The notes beneath the pieces were generated by a model, which was not told the DNA's origin, did no database searches, and worked only from the letters and a program-made list of their open reading frames with translations. Positions 1-9,712 of a stretch of 64,000 bases of DNA are shown here, in pieces. A program made the translations under genes and the position numbers. The DNA comes from Candidatus Thorarchaeota archaeon (lineage in GTDB: Archaea; Asgardarchaeota; Thorarchaeia; Thorarchaeales; Thorarchaeaceae). How positions within the stretch are numbered: position 1 is the first letter of the stretch; each line of letters begins with the position of its first letter. The stretch is from contig JAGSHN010000032.1 of the NCBI GenBank assembly GCA_029855935.1, positions 32,001 through 96,000 on the forward strand, written 5' to 3'.

Positions 1-96
1 GGGACATCACTGACGTAGCCTGAGCGCCTTTGTGTGTCTGGACACGGTCACAGATGGCCGACTCGCTCGCGTCTGGCAACGGCCCGGCTTATGGGG

Positions 97-528
97 TCAC
101 TGCGACCTGAGGAGTTCATCTATGGAGAGATTGAACTTAGGTCCGATCTCTCGGACAAAGGTCAGAGCGCCGAGGACCACAGCAGTGAGTTCCGAGTGGA
201 AGTTCTCAAGGTTGGAGCTCCTGGGGATATCGTTCTCGGAGTACATCACACCGCTCTCATCTAGGCTGAAGGTCACATCGTCAAGTTCGTAGTTGCGGAG
301 TAGCATCTCTCTCAAGACGCCGAAGCGACTCTCCTCGGGGATCATCGAGAGGTCTCCGAGCCTGACTCGGACCTTTATCCACTCGGGTTTTGTGGACTCG
401 ATGATCACGGGGAGTCTGTGACCCTCCACGTCGTATATCGTGGAGTAGAGATCTCTGTCCTCATCGTAGTCGTATGGCATTCGCATCAGTTCAAGCCAGG
501 TCCTAATCTGTTCACTCTCGAGTGTCAT
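97..528 (-). CDS. YbjN-domain (T3SS-chaperone-like fold) protein
   Basis: 143 aa; pattern LLRNYELDDVTFSLDESGVMY resembles the YbjN/CesT-like LLxxN...FxLD motif. Confidence 0.6.
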   Translation of the reverse strand: MTLESEQIRTWLELMRMPYDYDEDRDLYSTIYDVEGHRLPVIIESTKPEWIKVRVRLGDLSMIPEESRFGVLREMLLRNYELDDVTFSLDESGVMYSENDIPRSSNLENFHSELTAVVLGALTFVREIGPKFNLSIDELLRSQ

Positions 529-601
529 TGTCTACACCAGTCGGGCTGCGGATGGCTGCGCATCCACTAATCAATGTTGATGGGACGTGTCCCCACCATA
601 G

Positions 602-1348
602 TCAGACCTGGGCCTTCTCGCGAATCCACTGCAGTATGGCCCTATTGACATCGGCCGGACGCTCGAACATCACGCTGTGGCCAGCCCCCTCAATGACCAC
701 CAGCTTGCTGTCAGGGATCTCACGCTCCAGATAGTCCGCGTACTTGACGGGTGTCAGCACATCCTCGGAGCCGACAATGATGAGAGTGGGGACGGCAATC
801 TTGCCCACTTCCGGCATGATGTCAAACGTGTTGCACGCCTCAAAGTCACGCTGTATGACTCTGACGGGACACTTCCGCACTTCGGCCTTCGTGGCCTCAA
901 TAAGTTCCTCTGATGCTCCCTCTGCGAACATATACTGCCCCACGGCCTCGACATAGCCATCGAAGTCGTTGTCAAGAAGGTCGAAGATGAACTGGGCCAC
1001 GCGGAGCCTTGCGCCTGTGCCGATGAGGACCAGTCCAGCCAGTCTCTCTGGGTGCCTGAGAGCGTAGAGTTGCGCCAGTGCGCCACCCATCGAGTGACCG
1101 CCGAGAACCACAGGCGGCTCGCTGTCTCTGACCAGCCAGTCGATCTCCTCAAGGTATGATCCAAAGACATCCTCTGGAGACCTATCAGGAGAGCGGCCGT
1201 GACCATTGAGGTCGATGGCTCGCACCCACAGATCCGATGAGAGCCCCCTGATCTGCATAAACCATGTGGCGGAGGAACCTCCGGCACCGTGGACGAGGAC
1301 CAGCGTGGGATGATTGCCCTTGCCCGACTCTTCGTAGTGTATTCTCAT
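602..1348 (-). CDS. Alpha/beta-fold hydrolase
   Basis: HGAGG oxyanion loop, GHSMGG nucleophile elbow, GSEDVLTP (Asp), GAGH (His). Confidence 0.95.
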   Translation of the reverse strand: MRIHYEESGKGNHPTLVLVHGAGGSSATWFMQIRGLSSDLWVRAIDLNGHGRSPDRSPEDVFGSYLEEIDWLVRDSEPPVVLGGHSMGGALAQLYALRHPERLAGLVLIGTGARLRVAQFIFDLLDNDFDGYVEAVGQYMFAEGASEELIEATKAEVRKCPVRVIQRDFEACNTFDIMPEVGKIAVPTLIIVGSEDVLTPVKYADYLEREIPDSKLVVIEGAGHSVMFERPADVNRAILQWIREKAQV

Positions 1349-1472
1349 TGCCTGCCGAGCCGTCGTGCTCGCCGTGCCTTTTCTCGCTTTCGGAGGATAT
1401 CCCGAGATTGGATGACAGTCTGTGCAGACATGAGTTAGGCTTAAATCGCTTCGTACTGCCTCCCCTCACACC

Positions 1473-1916
1473 TTGAAGGCCATCCATAACCGTACCTCAC
1501 TCCTACTATGCGTGGCGGGTGGAGCCCTTCTCGTCGCGTCTGGAGCAATGGGCCCGATGAGAGTCGCCCGAAGTCTGGCAGATAGTCTGAATCAACTCTT
1601 CGGCCCCGAGTCGGTTATGAGCTTCGAGATACTGCTGGGCATTCTGACGGTACTGATGATTCTTGCTGGAATCGGCGTCATTGTGGGTGGCGCTGTGATG
1701 ACCACTCGGAGAGTCGAGGCGGGACGCATCATCGTTGTCGTTTCGGTGGCGATGGGAGTCCTTGGCTTGGTGATCTGCCTCTTTCAGGCTGCTGTCACTG
1801 GCGAGCTGGCTCTGGACTGGGGTCTTCAGCTTGTCCAGTCACTCGGCTGGCTGGGAGCCATATTCGCTTTGATTGCCCGCATCATTGCGGAGCAGATGCC
1901 TCTCACGGCCCAGTAG
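1473..1916 (+). CDS. Hypothetical 4-TM membrane protein
   Basis: 147 aa, four hydrophobic stretches; TTTAAA-like TATA element (cttaaa) ~30 bp upstream. Confidence 0.75.
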   Translation: MKAIHNRTSLLLCVAGGALLVASGAMGPMRVARSLADSLNQLFGPESVMSFEILLGILTVLMILAGIGVIVGGAVMTTRRVEAGRIIVVVSVAMGVLGLVICLFQAAVTGELALDWGLQLVQSLGWLGAIFALIARIIAEQMPLTAQ

Positions 1917-1919
1917 GGG

Positions 1920-2147
1920 ATGATGTCGCTGGAACCACGGCGGATGAGCGCCCTTCTGAGAGCGGCACTGCTGCTGCTGTGGCTCGTGGCTTGGATACTG
2001 TACTGGCTCTCCGGAAGGAACACGGTCGTGGGACTGGCGCTCCTCGGGCTGGCTGCCCTGGCAAGCGTGGTGATCATAATCGTCAGCTGGTTCATCTGGG
2101 GCAGATACAGTTCAGAGCTTGCTGACATGGGTATTGCTGCACCGTAG
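1920..2147 (+). CDS. Small 2-TM membrane protein
   Basis: 75 aa, two hydrophobic helices, starts 3 nt after previous stop. Confidence 0.65.
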   Translation: MMSLEPRRMSALLRAALLLLWLVAWILYWLSGRNTVVGLALLGLAALASVVIIIVSWFIWGRYSSELADMGIAAP

Positions 2148-2187
2148 AGGTCCCCACTGCGTGACAGTTCTCAGCATCAGAGATCCG

Positions 2188-2583
2188 TCACACGTCGAAC
2201 ACGGAGACCGATGACTCTAGGTTCTTGGCCGCCTGGATGCACTCTCTCAGGATGCCAACCTTGTCCTCCGTCATCGGCGCAAAGCACGCGACGAACCAGA
2301 TTCCCTTCCCGGTGCCCACTATTAGGCTGACTGCACCATCGGGATTGATGGCCACGAATCCGTCCCTCTCTCTCAGAGCCGTGAGGAACTCGATCATCTT
2401 CACCGTGAATGTCTGCTGGCCCGTGTTCCACGCGTGGAGTATTGTCGCAATGTCTTGTTCCTCAAGATGCATGTTCTCCGTAGTATAGACTATTCTGCCC
2501 TCATAGTCGAATACACAGGCGCCGATGATCTCCGTGTAGTTGGACATGGCAATGTCTATGGCTCTCTTGATTCGCATGACCAT
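2188..2583 (-). CDS. Asgard-type profilin-like protein
   Basis: 131 aa from ATG 2583; IIGACVFDYEGRIVYTTEN, HAWNTGQQTFTVKMIEF, GFVAINPDG, ECIQAAKNLE follow the Asgard profilin helix/strand pattern (QTENW-like motif, xxN-x-xG, C-terminal helix). Confidence 0.75.
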   Translation of the reverse strand: MVMRIKRAIDIAMSNYTEIIGACVFDYEGRIVYTTENMHLEEQDIATILHAWNTGQQTFTVKMIEFLTALRERDGFVAINPDGAVSLIVGTGKGIWFVACFAPMTEDKVGILRECIQAAKNLESSVSVFDV

Positions 2584-2729
2584 CTCTCTGTCCCCGCATC
2601 TACACTGTCGCGGGCCATTGAAATACATATCCTGCTTGTATCGGCGCCGCCGCAGGTGTGATAGACCCTGACCGGTACCAGGTACCCAGCTATGCACCCC
2701 TCCTCATTCACCTTGTCGCTCGTTGACCA

Positions 2730-3329
2730 TTATCTGACCTTTGCGAGGGCCGTTGCTAGGAGGACCAGCCTACTGTGCAGCTCATCGTTGTTCACGGTGG
2801 CACAGAGTCGTCGGTTGCTCACGTGAAGGCCGTGCCGGAGCGCTATCTGCTCAAGATTCGAGGTCCTCACGGGACCCGAGCGTACGGTGTACACGAACCA
2901 GTCGTCGGTCCCGGGTTCCCTCATCCGGCACGTGATATCAACATATCGGTTGTTCTCCTCGTCTAGGACGACACGGAACCTGCGACCAATCCTCTTCTGG
3001 ATCTTGACACCAGAGCCGAATATGCCCCTGAGAACTCCCATTGTGTATATTGTGGCTGGCGTGGGAAGGAATGCCCACGTCCAGAAGGCATAGAAGAAGA
3101 GCATCACGGAGACGGCGAGGATGAATCCAGCTGTGTTGAAGGAATACACGACCTCAAAGCCCGCGACCCAGCCCTCAGGCACATTGACTGGAATCTCTCC
3201 AGGAATCTCCGTCAGCGGTGTTCTGTAGAACACGTAGGTCGTGATGGCAAAGGCTATCATTATGGCACCGATGGCGATTCGCTGGCGTTCTGTATACAAC
3301 GCCCGCGCGCGTCTGAGCAGCATATCCAT
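2730..3329 (-). CDS. Hypothetical membrane protein (2 TM + soluble C-terminal domain)
   Basis: ATG 3329 lies 1 nt after the stop of the upstream wHTH gene; two TM segments. Confidence 0.7.
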   Translation of the reverse strand: MDMLLRRARALYTERQRIAIGAIMIAFAITTYVFYRTPLTEIPGEIPVNVPEGWVAGFEVVYSFNTAGFILAVSVMLFFYAFWTWAFLPTPATIYTMGVLRGIFGSGVKIQKRIGRRFRVVLDEENNRYVDITCRMREPGTDDWFVYTVRSGPVRTSNLEQIALRHGLHVSNRRLCATVNNDELHSRLVLLATALAKVR

Positions 3330-3330
3330 A

Positions 3331-3729
3331 TCAGGTACCCTCCAGGGCCTTGAGATACACCTCGGTCGCCTCACTCCCAAAGTCCCTGCACATCTCTATC
3401 AACACCTTGAGCAACGGGTGCTCGGGGTTGATACGAATCGCGTACAGTTTCGGGGTGAGTTGGTCGATCAGTATCATCCTGTCCTGTTCCAAGTGCGAGA
3501 GGACTCCGCGGTAGAGGCTACGCGACTTCCCGCTATAGCCAATCAGCCGGCTCAGCTGAACGCCGCTCACGCTGCGCGGGTATATATGAGCCAAGGCCAG
3601 CAGAATTGCCCTCTTTGTGTCGTTGAGCGAGGACATCAGCTGGATCAGTTCATATGCCGCGCGACGTGGGTCCTCGTTCATTAGTCCGACCAACCGAGTA
3701 TCTAGATTGTTGTGTTCTTGACCGCACAT
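3331..3729 (-). CDS. Winged helix-turn-helix protein
   Basis: KRAILLALAHIYPRSVSGVQLSRLIGYS...LSHLEQDRMILIDQ...YAIRIN; start could also be 3681. Confidence 0.75.
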   Translation of the reverse strand: MCGQEHNNLDTRLVGLMNEDPRRAAYELIQLMSSLNDTKRAILLALAHIYPRSVSGVQLSRLIGYSGKSRSLYRGVLSHLEQDRMILIDQLTPKLYAIRINPEHPLLKVLIEMCRDFGSEATEVYLKALEGT

Positions 3730-3901
3730 AGGGTCATCCCCCAAATGGCGGAAGGCTGTCCAAGAACAGGGCCGCCGAACGTATTTCATTCTATCGTATC
3801 GGTCAAACGATTCTCCACCTCAGGCAACATAGAGTTAATAGCATTTGTTGCATAGCATAGAGCCGAGCTAAGGGTAAAAGATCTCATAGGAGGTCATCAA
3901 G

Positions 3902-4480
3902 ATTAGCACATTTGGAAGTAAGTACTTCGGTTGGCTCATATCGTTGGCCATAGTCTTGGCGCTCGGCTGGGTCCTGTTTCCACCAGGCTATGAGGCACTC
4001 ATTCAGTGGCTCGCGCCTGAGCTGGGCAACTATGTGCGGCCAACGCTGATCATGGTAAACCTGATGATAGTGGACCCCACAAAGAACCCCGTCATCCTCG
4101 CCGCGTGGGGTGCCGCTGGCTTCATTGGCGGTGTCTTTGCCGGGACGAAGAAGGGTGCCTTTGTCGTGGGCCTGGTCACGTGGCTCAGCTGTCTGGGCAT
4201 CCTTGCCTTTTCTGTCTATCAGATGATGCAGACCGGTTTCTCGACAGGCTCAATGCCACCGATGCCCCCTGGCTCGTCTATTCTCGACATCCTGTCCATA
4301 CCGCTGGTCCAGTCGATGATATCGCAGCTACTCCCTATGCTGTTGTCATCGGCATCGTCGGGTGGTAGTTTCGACCCGACGAGTCTGATAATGAGCCTGG
4401 CGATCTACGTCATCGTCCCGCTGGTGACGGTCATTGTGGCTGGAATGGTCGGGGCTACTATCCGTCCGAAGGAGGAATGA
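3902..4480 (+). CDS. Hypothetical ~4-TM membrane protein (probable ATT start)
   Basis: Frame open from 3890; AGGAGGT at 3888-3894 sits 7 nt before ATT 3902; ORF track start is TTG 3944. Confidence 0.75.
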   Translation: MSTFGSKYFGWLISLAIVLALGWVLFPPGYEALIQWLAPELGNYVRPTLIMVNLMIVDPTKNPVILAAWGAAGFIGGVFAGTKKGAFVVGLVTWLSCLGILAFSVYQMMQTGFSTGSMPPMPPGSSILDILSIPLVQSMISQLLPMLLSSASSGGSFDPTSLIMSLAIYVIVPLVTVIVAGMVGATIRPKEE

Positions 4481-4481
4481 T

Positions 4482-6149
4482 ATGATGAAAATCGCTACAA
4501 AGCACGCATTGGCACTATCGTTGCTGGTGTTTCTAATGGTGGTCCCTGCTGCTGTTGCAGCGGGAGGCCAGTCAGATGTGGGTATTCGCGCCACCGGTGA
4601 GATGGATGAACTCGTTGGAACGATTCTCACAGAGGGGGCGGATGCCCTGTTTGCGAACATTGACGAGGCCGGGCAGCCGCTCGTGATATATGGACGGGCT
4701 GGCGTGCCGACATCCGTCATCGACTTCAGTGACCCTGCATTCGACAACTGCATTGCTTTTGGTGTTGTCTCCGCAAGGGGCGAGATTGTGAAGATCCTCG
4801 CGGAGCAGCTGGGAGCGGCCAGTCAAGGAGGAGGAATGCTTGCTCCTGTCCCCGACTCTCTCGTCGCTCAGCAGTTCGGTGGTGATCAGGGATTCTCTGA
4901 AGGGCCGGACCTGTCTTTCCTGCTCGGAGACGAGTTCAGTATCCTTGCGGCACTCTATCTGAATGTTGACTCTGCGACAGCGCAGCAGAGGATGAGTGCG
5001 TTGATGTCTCAGATGACATCTGTGTTCAACTACCAGTTTGCCTACATCTACTCCATTCGCATCGATCAGAGCACGATACCGCCCGATGCCAACATCACTC
5101 TTCCGTTTGACTCCCTTGATGTCTTCCTCTATCAAGTACTGAATCCGTTCTCTGAGACAGCACAGTCGATACTCGACGTCCTGGGTCAAGATGGATTGGG
5201 CTCGTCGGTGGATGTCAGCAAGTTCAGTGAGGCAAGGTCTGCTGCCGCAGGCTTTCTTGCCGTACCGGACTTGGCCTACCTTGTGGACTTCGTCAACAGC
5301 ACCTTTGGGGGCATGGCAGCCAATGGCGGTTTCACGACGGCCTCTGCTCCGGACACGGCCTCGCTGTTGATGCAGCAGTTGCCTCCCTTGGAGGGACCCG
5401 TGGCAATAGGGGCGATTGGCTACTATGACGACCAGGTACTGTCCTCGTCGGACACGAGCGTCGGTATGGCAAGCCTCATCGGCGCAACAGGCTCCCTGAC
5501 AGCGCGTCCGGAAGGGCTCAGCGTAGTGATGATGCATGTCCCGGAGTCGGTCAATATTTCCTCGGTCCTCCCACAAGAGGAGAACTACACGTACTTCGAC
5601 AACACGACCAACATTGTCGTCTGGAACGCCACGCACTATGGTTCGGTACCTGACTACAAGATCTACTTCGGCAGCACGGAGTTTCCGCCACTCATCACAA
5701 TCGAGCGGACGTTCTCGCCAGAGACAACTACTCCGGGCGGCGAAGTGCAGGTCACTGTGACAGTGACGAATGATGGCGACCAGCCGGTGACGGATGTAGC
5801 AGTGAGCGACTGGGGCATCCAGGACACCTACGACACGATAACGGTCACAGGCACGAGGAACGCCACTGCGGCAACACTGAACCCTGGCGAATCGGTGTCC
5901 TACACATACACCGTCCACTTCGTCAACGAGGGGACGTATGCCTTCCCGCCCGTTGTCCTGCAATACGAATATGCCGGAAGGGCGTATAGCAAGCACATCC
6001 CTGAGGAGGGCTATACGGTGACCAACCCACCAGCGAATGTCCTCTCTCAGGCGATCTCTGACGGTATGCCCTACACTGGCGCTGCGGTCGGTCTTGTCGC
6101 ACTTGGTGCGATTGTCCAGATTGCAAAGTTTGCAGGTCGCCGAGACTGA
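4482..6149 (+). CDS. Secreted, C-terminally anchored surface glycoprotein with Ig-like DUF11/BatD/TRAP-beta-like domain
   Basis: Signal peptide, several N-x-S/T sequons, ITIERTFSP...VTVTVTNDGDQPVTDVAVSD...LNPGESVSYTYTV...YAFPPVVLQY, C-terminal TM. Confidence 0.8.
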   Translation: MMKIATKHALALSLLVFLMVVPAAVAAGGQSDVGIRATGEMDELVGTILTEGADALFANIDEAGQPLVIYGRAGVPTSVIDFSDPAFDNCIAFGVVSARGEIVKILAEQLGAASQGGGMLAPVPDSLVAQQFGGDQGFSEGPDLSFLLGDEFSILAALYLNVDSATAQQRMSALMSQMTSVFNYQFAYIYSIRIDQSTIPPDANITLPFDSLDVFLYQVLNPFSETAQSILDVLGQDGLGSSVDVSKFSEARSAAAGFLAVPDLAYLVDFVNSTFGGMAANGGFTTASAPDTASLLMQQLPPLEGPVAIGAIGYYDDQVLSSSDTSVGMASLIGATGSLTARPEGLSVVMMHVPESVNISSVLPQEENYTYFDNTTNIVVWNATHYGSVPDYKIYFGSTEFPPLITIERTFSPETTTPGGEVQVTVTVTNDGDQPVTDVAVSDWGIQDTYDTITVTGTRNATAATLNPGESVSYTYTVHFVNEGTYAFPPVVLQYEYAGRAYSKHIPEEGYTVTNPPANVLSQAISDGMPYTGAAVGLVALGAIVQIAKFAGRRD

Positions 6150-6266
6150 GCGTCAGATCCGAGTGAGGGACCCATCCGGTCTTGGACTGGTTGGGCTCCC
6201 CTGCTCGCCTTTCTTTTTTCCTCGTGCTCCAGCAACTATATCAGGGTCCACCTGTAGCCCTTCTTC

Positions 6267-7238
6267 TTGATTGACATGCCGCTGCGAGACGAACTCTCAG
6301 GTTTTCTCAAGTTGCCCACAAGGTTCTTCGGTATTCCCGAGCCGCAGGAGGGCGACCCCGATGTGGCAGTCCTTGGAGTCCCGTACGACCTCACCTCCAG
6401 CTATGCTCCGGGATGCCGGTTCGGACCTGACGCACTGAGGCGTGCAACGACATCTGAGAGATCTCACAGTCAGGCAGTATACGTCGACTGCGGAATGTCA
6501 GACGGTCGTCAGCCGATGTTGTCAGAGTGCATCACGCTGGAGGACCTCGGCGATCTTGAGATAGACCTGCGACCGCCCCAGGCTGCGCTCATCGACATCT
6601 CGGATGCGATGTATCGACTGGCCCCGCACGGAACGGGGTACCTGCTGGTGGGCGGTGACCACTTTGTGACATACCCGGCTCTCCGAGGCCTACGCAGAGG
6701 GCATCCCGCTGAGTACGGTCTGGTATGGTTTGACGCCCATGCCGACTTCTACCCGGACTACGGTGGCGTCAAGCTGTCACATGCGACCACCCTGCGCCGA
6801 ATTATCGAGGACGGTCTGATTGACCCGCATAACATAGTCGCGGTGGACCTTCGTGCTGCCCTCCGAGAGCAGGCTATGGAGCTGGAGAGACTTGGTGCGC
6901 AGATCGTGTCTGATCAGGTTGGACTTGAGGAGGCTCTCGGGTCGCTGGTAACACGCATCGATGCGCTCTACGTCACGGTCGACCTCGATGTGCTGAGTCC
7001 CGAGCTCGTGCCAGGTGTGTCCCATCCCGAGGGCGGAGGGCCATCGCTTGAGTCGCTGTTCAGGATGTTGCACAGCTGCTTCCGGACAGGGATGGTCCGG
7101 GCCACTGATATTGTTGAGCTGAATCCTCTCCTCGATGGATCCGGGCTGACAAGGATAACCGCAAGGGACGTCGTCCGTTCGATTCTATCCGGATTCGCAT
7201 TACAGAAGGCCTTTAAGGAGAGGCAACAGTCCGCGTAG
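6267..7238 (+). CDS. speB: Agmatinase / ureohydrolase family protein
   Basis: GVPYD, GCRFGPDALR, GGDH, DAHAD, DLDVL, ELNP metal-binding motifs. Confidence 0.85.
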   Translation: MIDMPLRDELSGFLKLPTRFFGIPEPQEGDPDVAVLGVPYDLTSSYAPGCRFGPDALRRATTSERSHSQAVYVDCGMSDGRQPMLSECITLEDLGDLEIDLRPPQAALIDISDAMYRLAPHGTGYLLVGGDHFVTYPALRGLRRGHPAEYGLVWFDAHADFYPDYGGVKLSHATTLRRIIEDGLIDPHNIVAVDLRAALREQAMELERLGAQIVSDQVGLEEALGSLVTRIDALYVTVDLDVLSPELVPGVSHPEGGGPSLESLFRMLHSCFRTGMVRATDIVELNPLLDGSGLTRITARDVVRSILSGFALQKAFKERQQSA

Positions 7239-7299
7239 TGCTGGCGTTCTCTGGCGCCAGTCTCGCCCTGCCGAGACACGACTACGGTGTGGATTCAAG

Positions 7300-8673
7300 A
7301 TGGCAGACTACGACGTCATAGTTGCCGGCGCAGGCTCGGCCGGAGCAATAGCGGCCTATACGCTTGCGAAGAGGGGCCATCAGGTACTGCTCATCGACAG
7401 AAAGACGAGAGAGATGATCGGCCACAAGACGTGTGGCGATGCCCTTGGAGCGCATCACATCCGGTATCTGAAAGAGCTGATTGGACTCCCCGATATTCCT
7501 TCGAGCATCGTCGAGCACCCTGTCAATGGCATAGATCTGATAGCGCCTGACCTTGAGCACAGGCTCACACTTGCGGGGCCGACCACCGACGGGTACTCGT
7601 TCAACCGTCACAAGTTCGGTCAGTGGTTGCTTGGACTTGCTGAGGAGGCCGGTGCGGACGTCATGGCCTCGACCAGGGCCAAACGTCTTCTGTTCGACGA
7701 TCACAGGGTGTCTGGCGTGCGTGTACGTGCCGATGACAGCGAGACTGACCGGGACCTCACAGCGCGTATTGTCGTTGATGCGACTGGTGCTCCTGGCGTG
7801 CTGCGTCGCCAGCTGCCGGATGGCACAATGGTGGAGCGTACGGTTGCCAAGGAGGACCAGATGGTTGCCTGGCGTGAAGTGTACCATACGCCCGACTATA
7901 CGTTTGAGACACCTGACCTCCTTGAGATCTATTGGAACCAAGAATGGACCAAAGGCGGCTACACGTGGGTCTTTCCACAGGGTCCGCACCGCGTCAATGT
8001 CGGGCTTGGCTATATGATGCTGCCCGGCCATCGGCCGCCGCAGAGGGTGTACGATGAGTTTGTGCGACCCAACTGGGACTTTATGAGAACGCGGTTGGAG
8101 ACGATTGACGCCAGCGGTGGTATTGCGCCCGTTCGTCGCCCCCTTGATACGATGGTGGAACACAACTTCATGCTTGTGGGTGATGCGGCCTGTCAGGTCA
8201 ATCCTGTACACGGCGGAGGTATAGGTTCCTCGATGAGAGGCGGCGCTCATGCCGGCATTGTGGCCTCTGAGGCGCTTGAGGAGGGAGACACATCACTGGA
8301 AAGGCTGTGGCCCTACAACATCCGCTATATGGAGTCGTACGGTGTCAAGCAGGCCTCGCTTGACATCTTCCGCTGGTTCTTGCTCAATGTGACAAACGAT
8401 GACATCAACTTCGCTTTTGAGAAGGGCATCGTGAAGGGGTCCGACCTCCTTGAGGTCAGTATGACGGGCAAGCTTGTGCTGGGTGCTGGAGAGAAGTTCC
8501 GCCGACTGGTCTCGGGCATCGGCAAGGTTCCTCTGTTGATGCGCGTCAATCGGGTTGCCAAACTGATGGAACAAATAAAGGTGCTCTATGAGGAGTATCC
8601 GACATCGCCGGAGGGACTGCCTGCTTGGAGAGAGCGTCTTGGGCCGATCTATGAGGCCGCAAAGAACGCCTGA
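7300..8673 (+). CDS. Digeranylgeranylglycerophospholipid reductase (geranylgeranyl reductase)
   Basis: GAGSAG FAD motif, CGDA, GGYTWVFP, GDAACQVNPVHGGG, YGVKQASLDIFR as in Sulfolobus-type GGR. Confidence 0.9.
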   Translation: MADYDVIVAGAGSAGAIAAYTLAKRGHQVLLIDRKTREMIGHKTCGDALGAHHIRYLKELIGLPDIPSSIVEHPVNGIDLIAPDLEHRLTLAGPTTDGYSFNRHKFGQWLLGLAEEAGADVMASTRAKRLLFDDHRVSGVRVRADDSETDRDLTARIVVDATGAPGVLRRQLPDGTMVERTVAKEDQMVAWREVYHTPDYTFETPDLLEIYWNQEWTKGGYTWVFPQGPHRVNVGLGYMMLPGHRPPQRVYDEFVRPNWDFMRTRLETIDASGGIAPVRRPLDTMVEHNFMLVGDAACQVNPVHGGGIGSSMRGGAHAGIVASEALEEGDTSLERLWPYNIRYMESYGVKQASLDIFRWFLLNVTNDDINFAFEKGIVKGSDLLEVSMTGKLVLGAGEKFRRLVSGIGKVPLLMRVNRVAKLMEQIKVLYEEYPTSPEGLPAWRERLGPIYEAAKNA

Positions 8674-8713
8674 TTGATATCTCTCATTAGACGCGAGAAG
8701 TCTCTCGCACAGG

Positions 8714-9709
8714 GTGATGCCAATGACGCAGGTCGAACGCGTCCGTGTTTCTCTGGGCACTGCGATGCAGTTCGGCCTGCTCGATGGCGACCCGGGAGCG
8801 CATTACACGACAGCATTCTTGATGACCTACAGGTCCGGTCGATGCGCAGCCAACTGTGCCTTCTGTCCCCAGGCCCGAGAGAGTCATTCCTCCTCCGACC
8901 GTCTGTCTAGAATTGCTTGGCCAGACTTTGAGTTTGCACGTGTGCTTGACGCCACGGCGCAGCGCGGGCATCTGTTCGAGAGACTGTGCATCCAGTGCAT
9001 CCTCTATCCCGGTCTTGTGGACGACATTGAGAGAATGGTCTTATCATTGAGGAATGTGACGCAGATGCCTATCTCTGTTGCCTCAGGACCTCTCTCTGAG
9101 GAGGAGCTGTCACGTCTCCGGAGTGCTGGTGTCAACGACATTGGGATAGCGATGGATGCCTCAACGCCCGAGATCTTCGACCGCGTCAAGGGCTCGGGAC
9201 GCAGGACACGGTTTAGATGGGATTCCCACGTGGAAGCCATCAGACGGGCTCTCAGGGTGTTTGGCCGTGGCCACGTGACGACTCACCTGATTGTGGGGCT
9301 GGGAGAAACTGAGGCAGAGGCTCTGGACTTTCTCAAGATGATGCACAGTCTTGGTGTCACCGTGGGTCTCTTTGCACTGACCAGCGTCCGCGGAACGGCA
9401 ATGGAGGACGCGTTGCCCCCGCCGCTCTCCGTGTACCGGCGTATTCAGGCAGCGAGGTATCTTCTGTTCGAGGCTGGCCTCAATCAGTCGCTCATCAGGG
9501 TCGACGAAGAGGGCAGAATCACGGTCAAGTTAGATTCGAAGAGCATAAGAGGAAGGCTCTCCACAGGTATTGCGTTTATGACCTCAGGCTGCAAGGGCTG
9601 CAACAGGCCGTATTACAACGAGCGGCCCCGAGGTCCGATGTACAACTTTCACAGGCCGCTGACGAGAGAGGAGGCCAAGCAGGCACTACACGATACGGAG
9701 CTGATATGA
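8714..9709 (+). CDS. Radical SAM protein, biotin-synthase-like, probable LipS1/LipS2-type lipoyl synthase subunit
   Basis: CAANCAFC (CX3CX2C), HLIVGLGETE, C-terminal TSGCKGCNRP; directly upstream of lipoate ligase genes. Confidence 0.8.
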   Translation: MMPMTQVERVRVSLGTAMQFGLLDGDPGAHYTTAFLMTYRSGRCAANCAFCPQARESHSSSDRLSRIAWPDFEFARVLDATAQRGHLFERLCIQCILYPGLVDDIERMVLSLRNVTQMPISVASGPLSEEELSRLRSAGVNDIGIAMDASTPEIFDRVKGSGRRTRFRWDSHVEAIRRALRVFGRGHVTTHLIVGLGETEAEALDFLKMMHSLGVTVGLFALTSVRGTAMEDALPPPLSVYRRIQAARYLLFEAGLNQSLIRVDEEGRITVKLDSKSIRGRLSTGIAFMTSGCKGCNRPYYNERPRGPMYNFHRPLTREEAKQALHDTELI

Positions 9710-9712
9710 AGA

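Noticed and set aside
4572-5996. Long antisense ORFs (474 aa here; also 7282-8250, 15157-15975, 27275-28033, 53082-53810)
   Set aside because: Shadows of well-supported genes in GC-rich DNA, with no recognisable motifs
7300-8673. GGR as the dedicated LipT of lipoate clusters
   Set aside because: It matches the full-length Sulfolobus-type lipid reductase pattern including the C-terminal domain; proximity alone is insufficient
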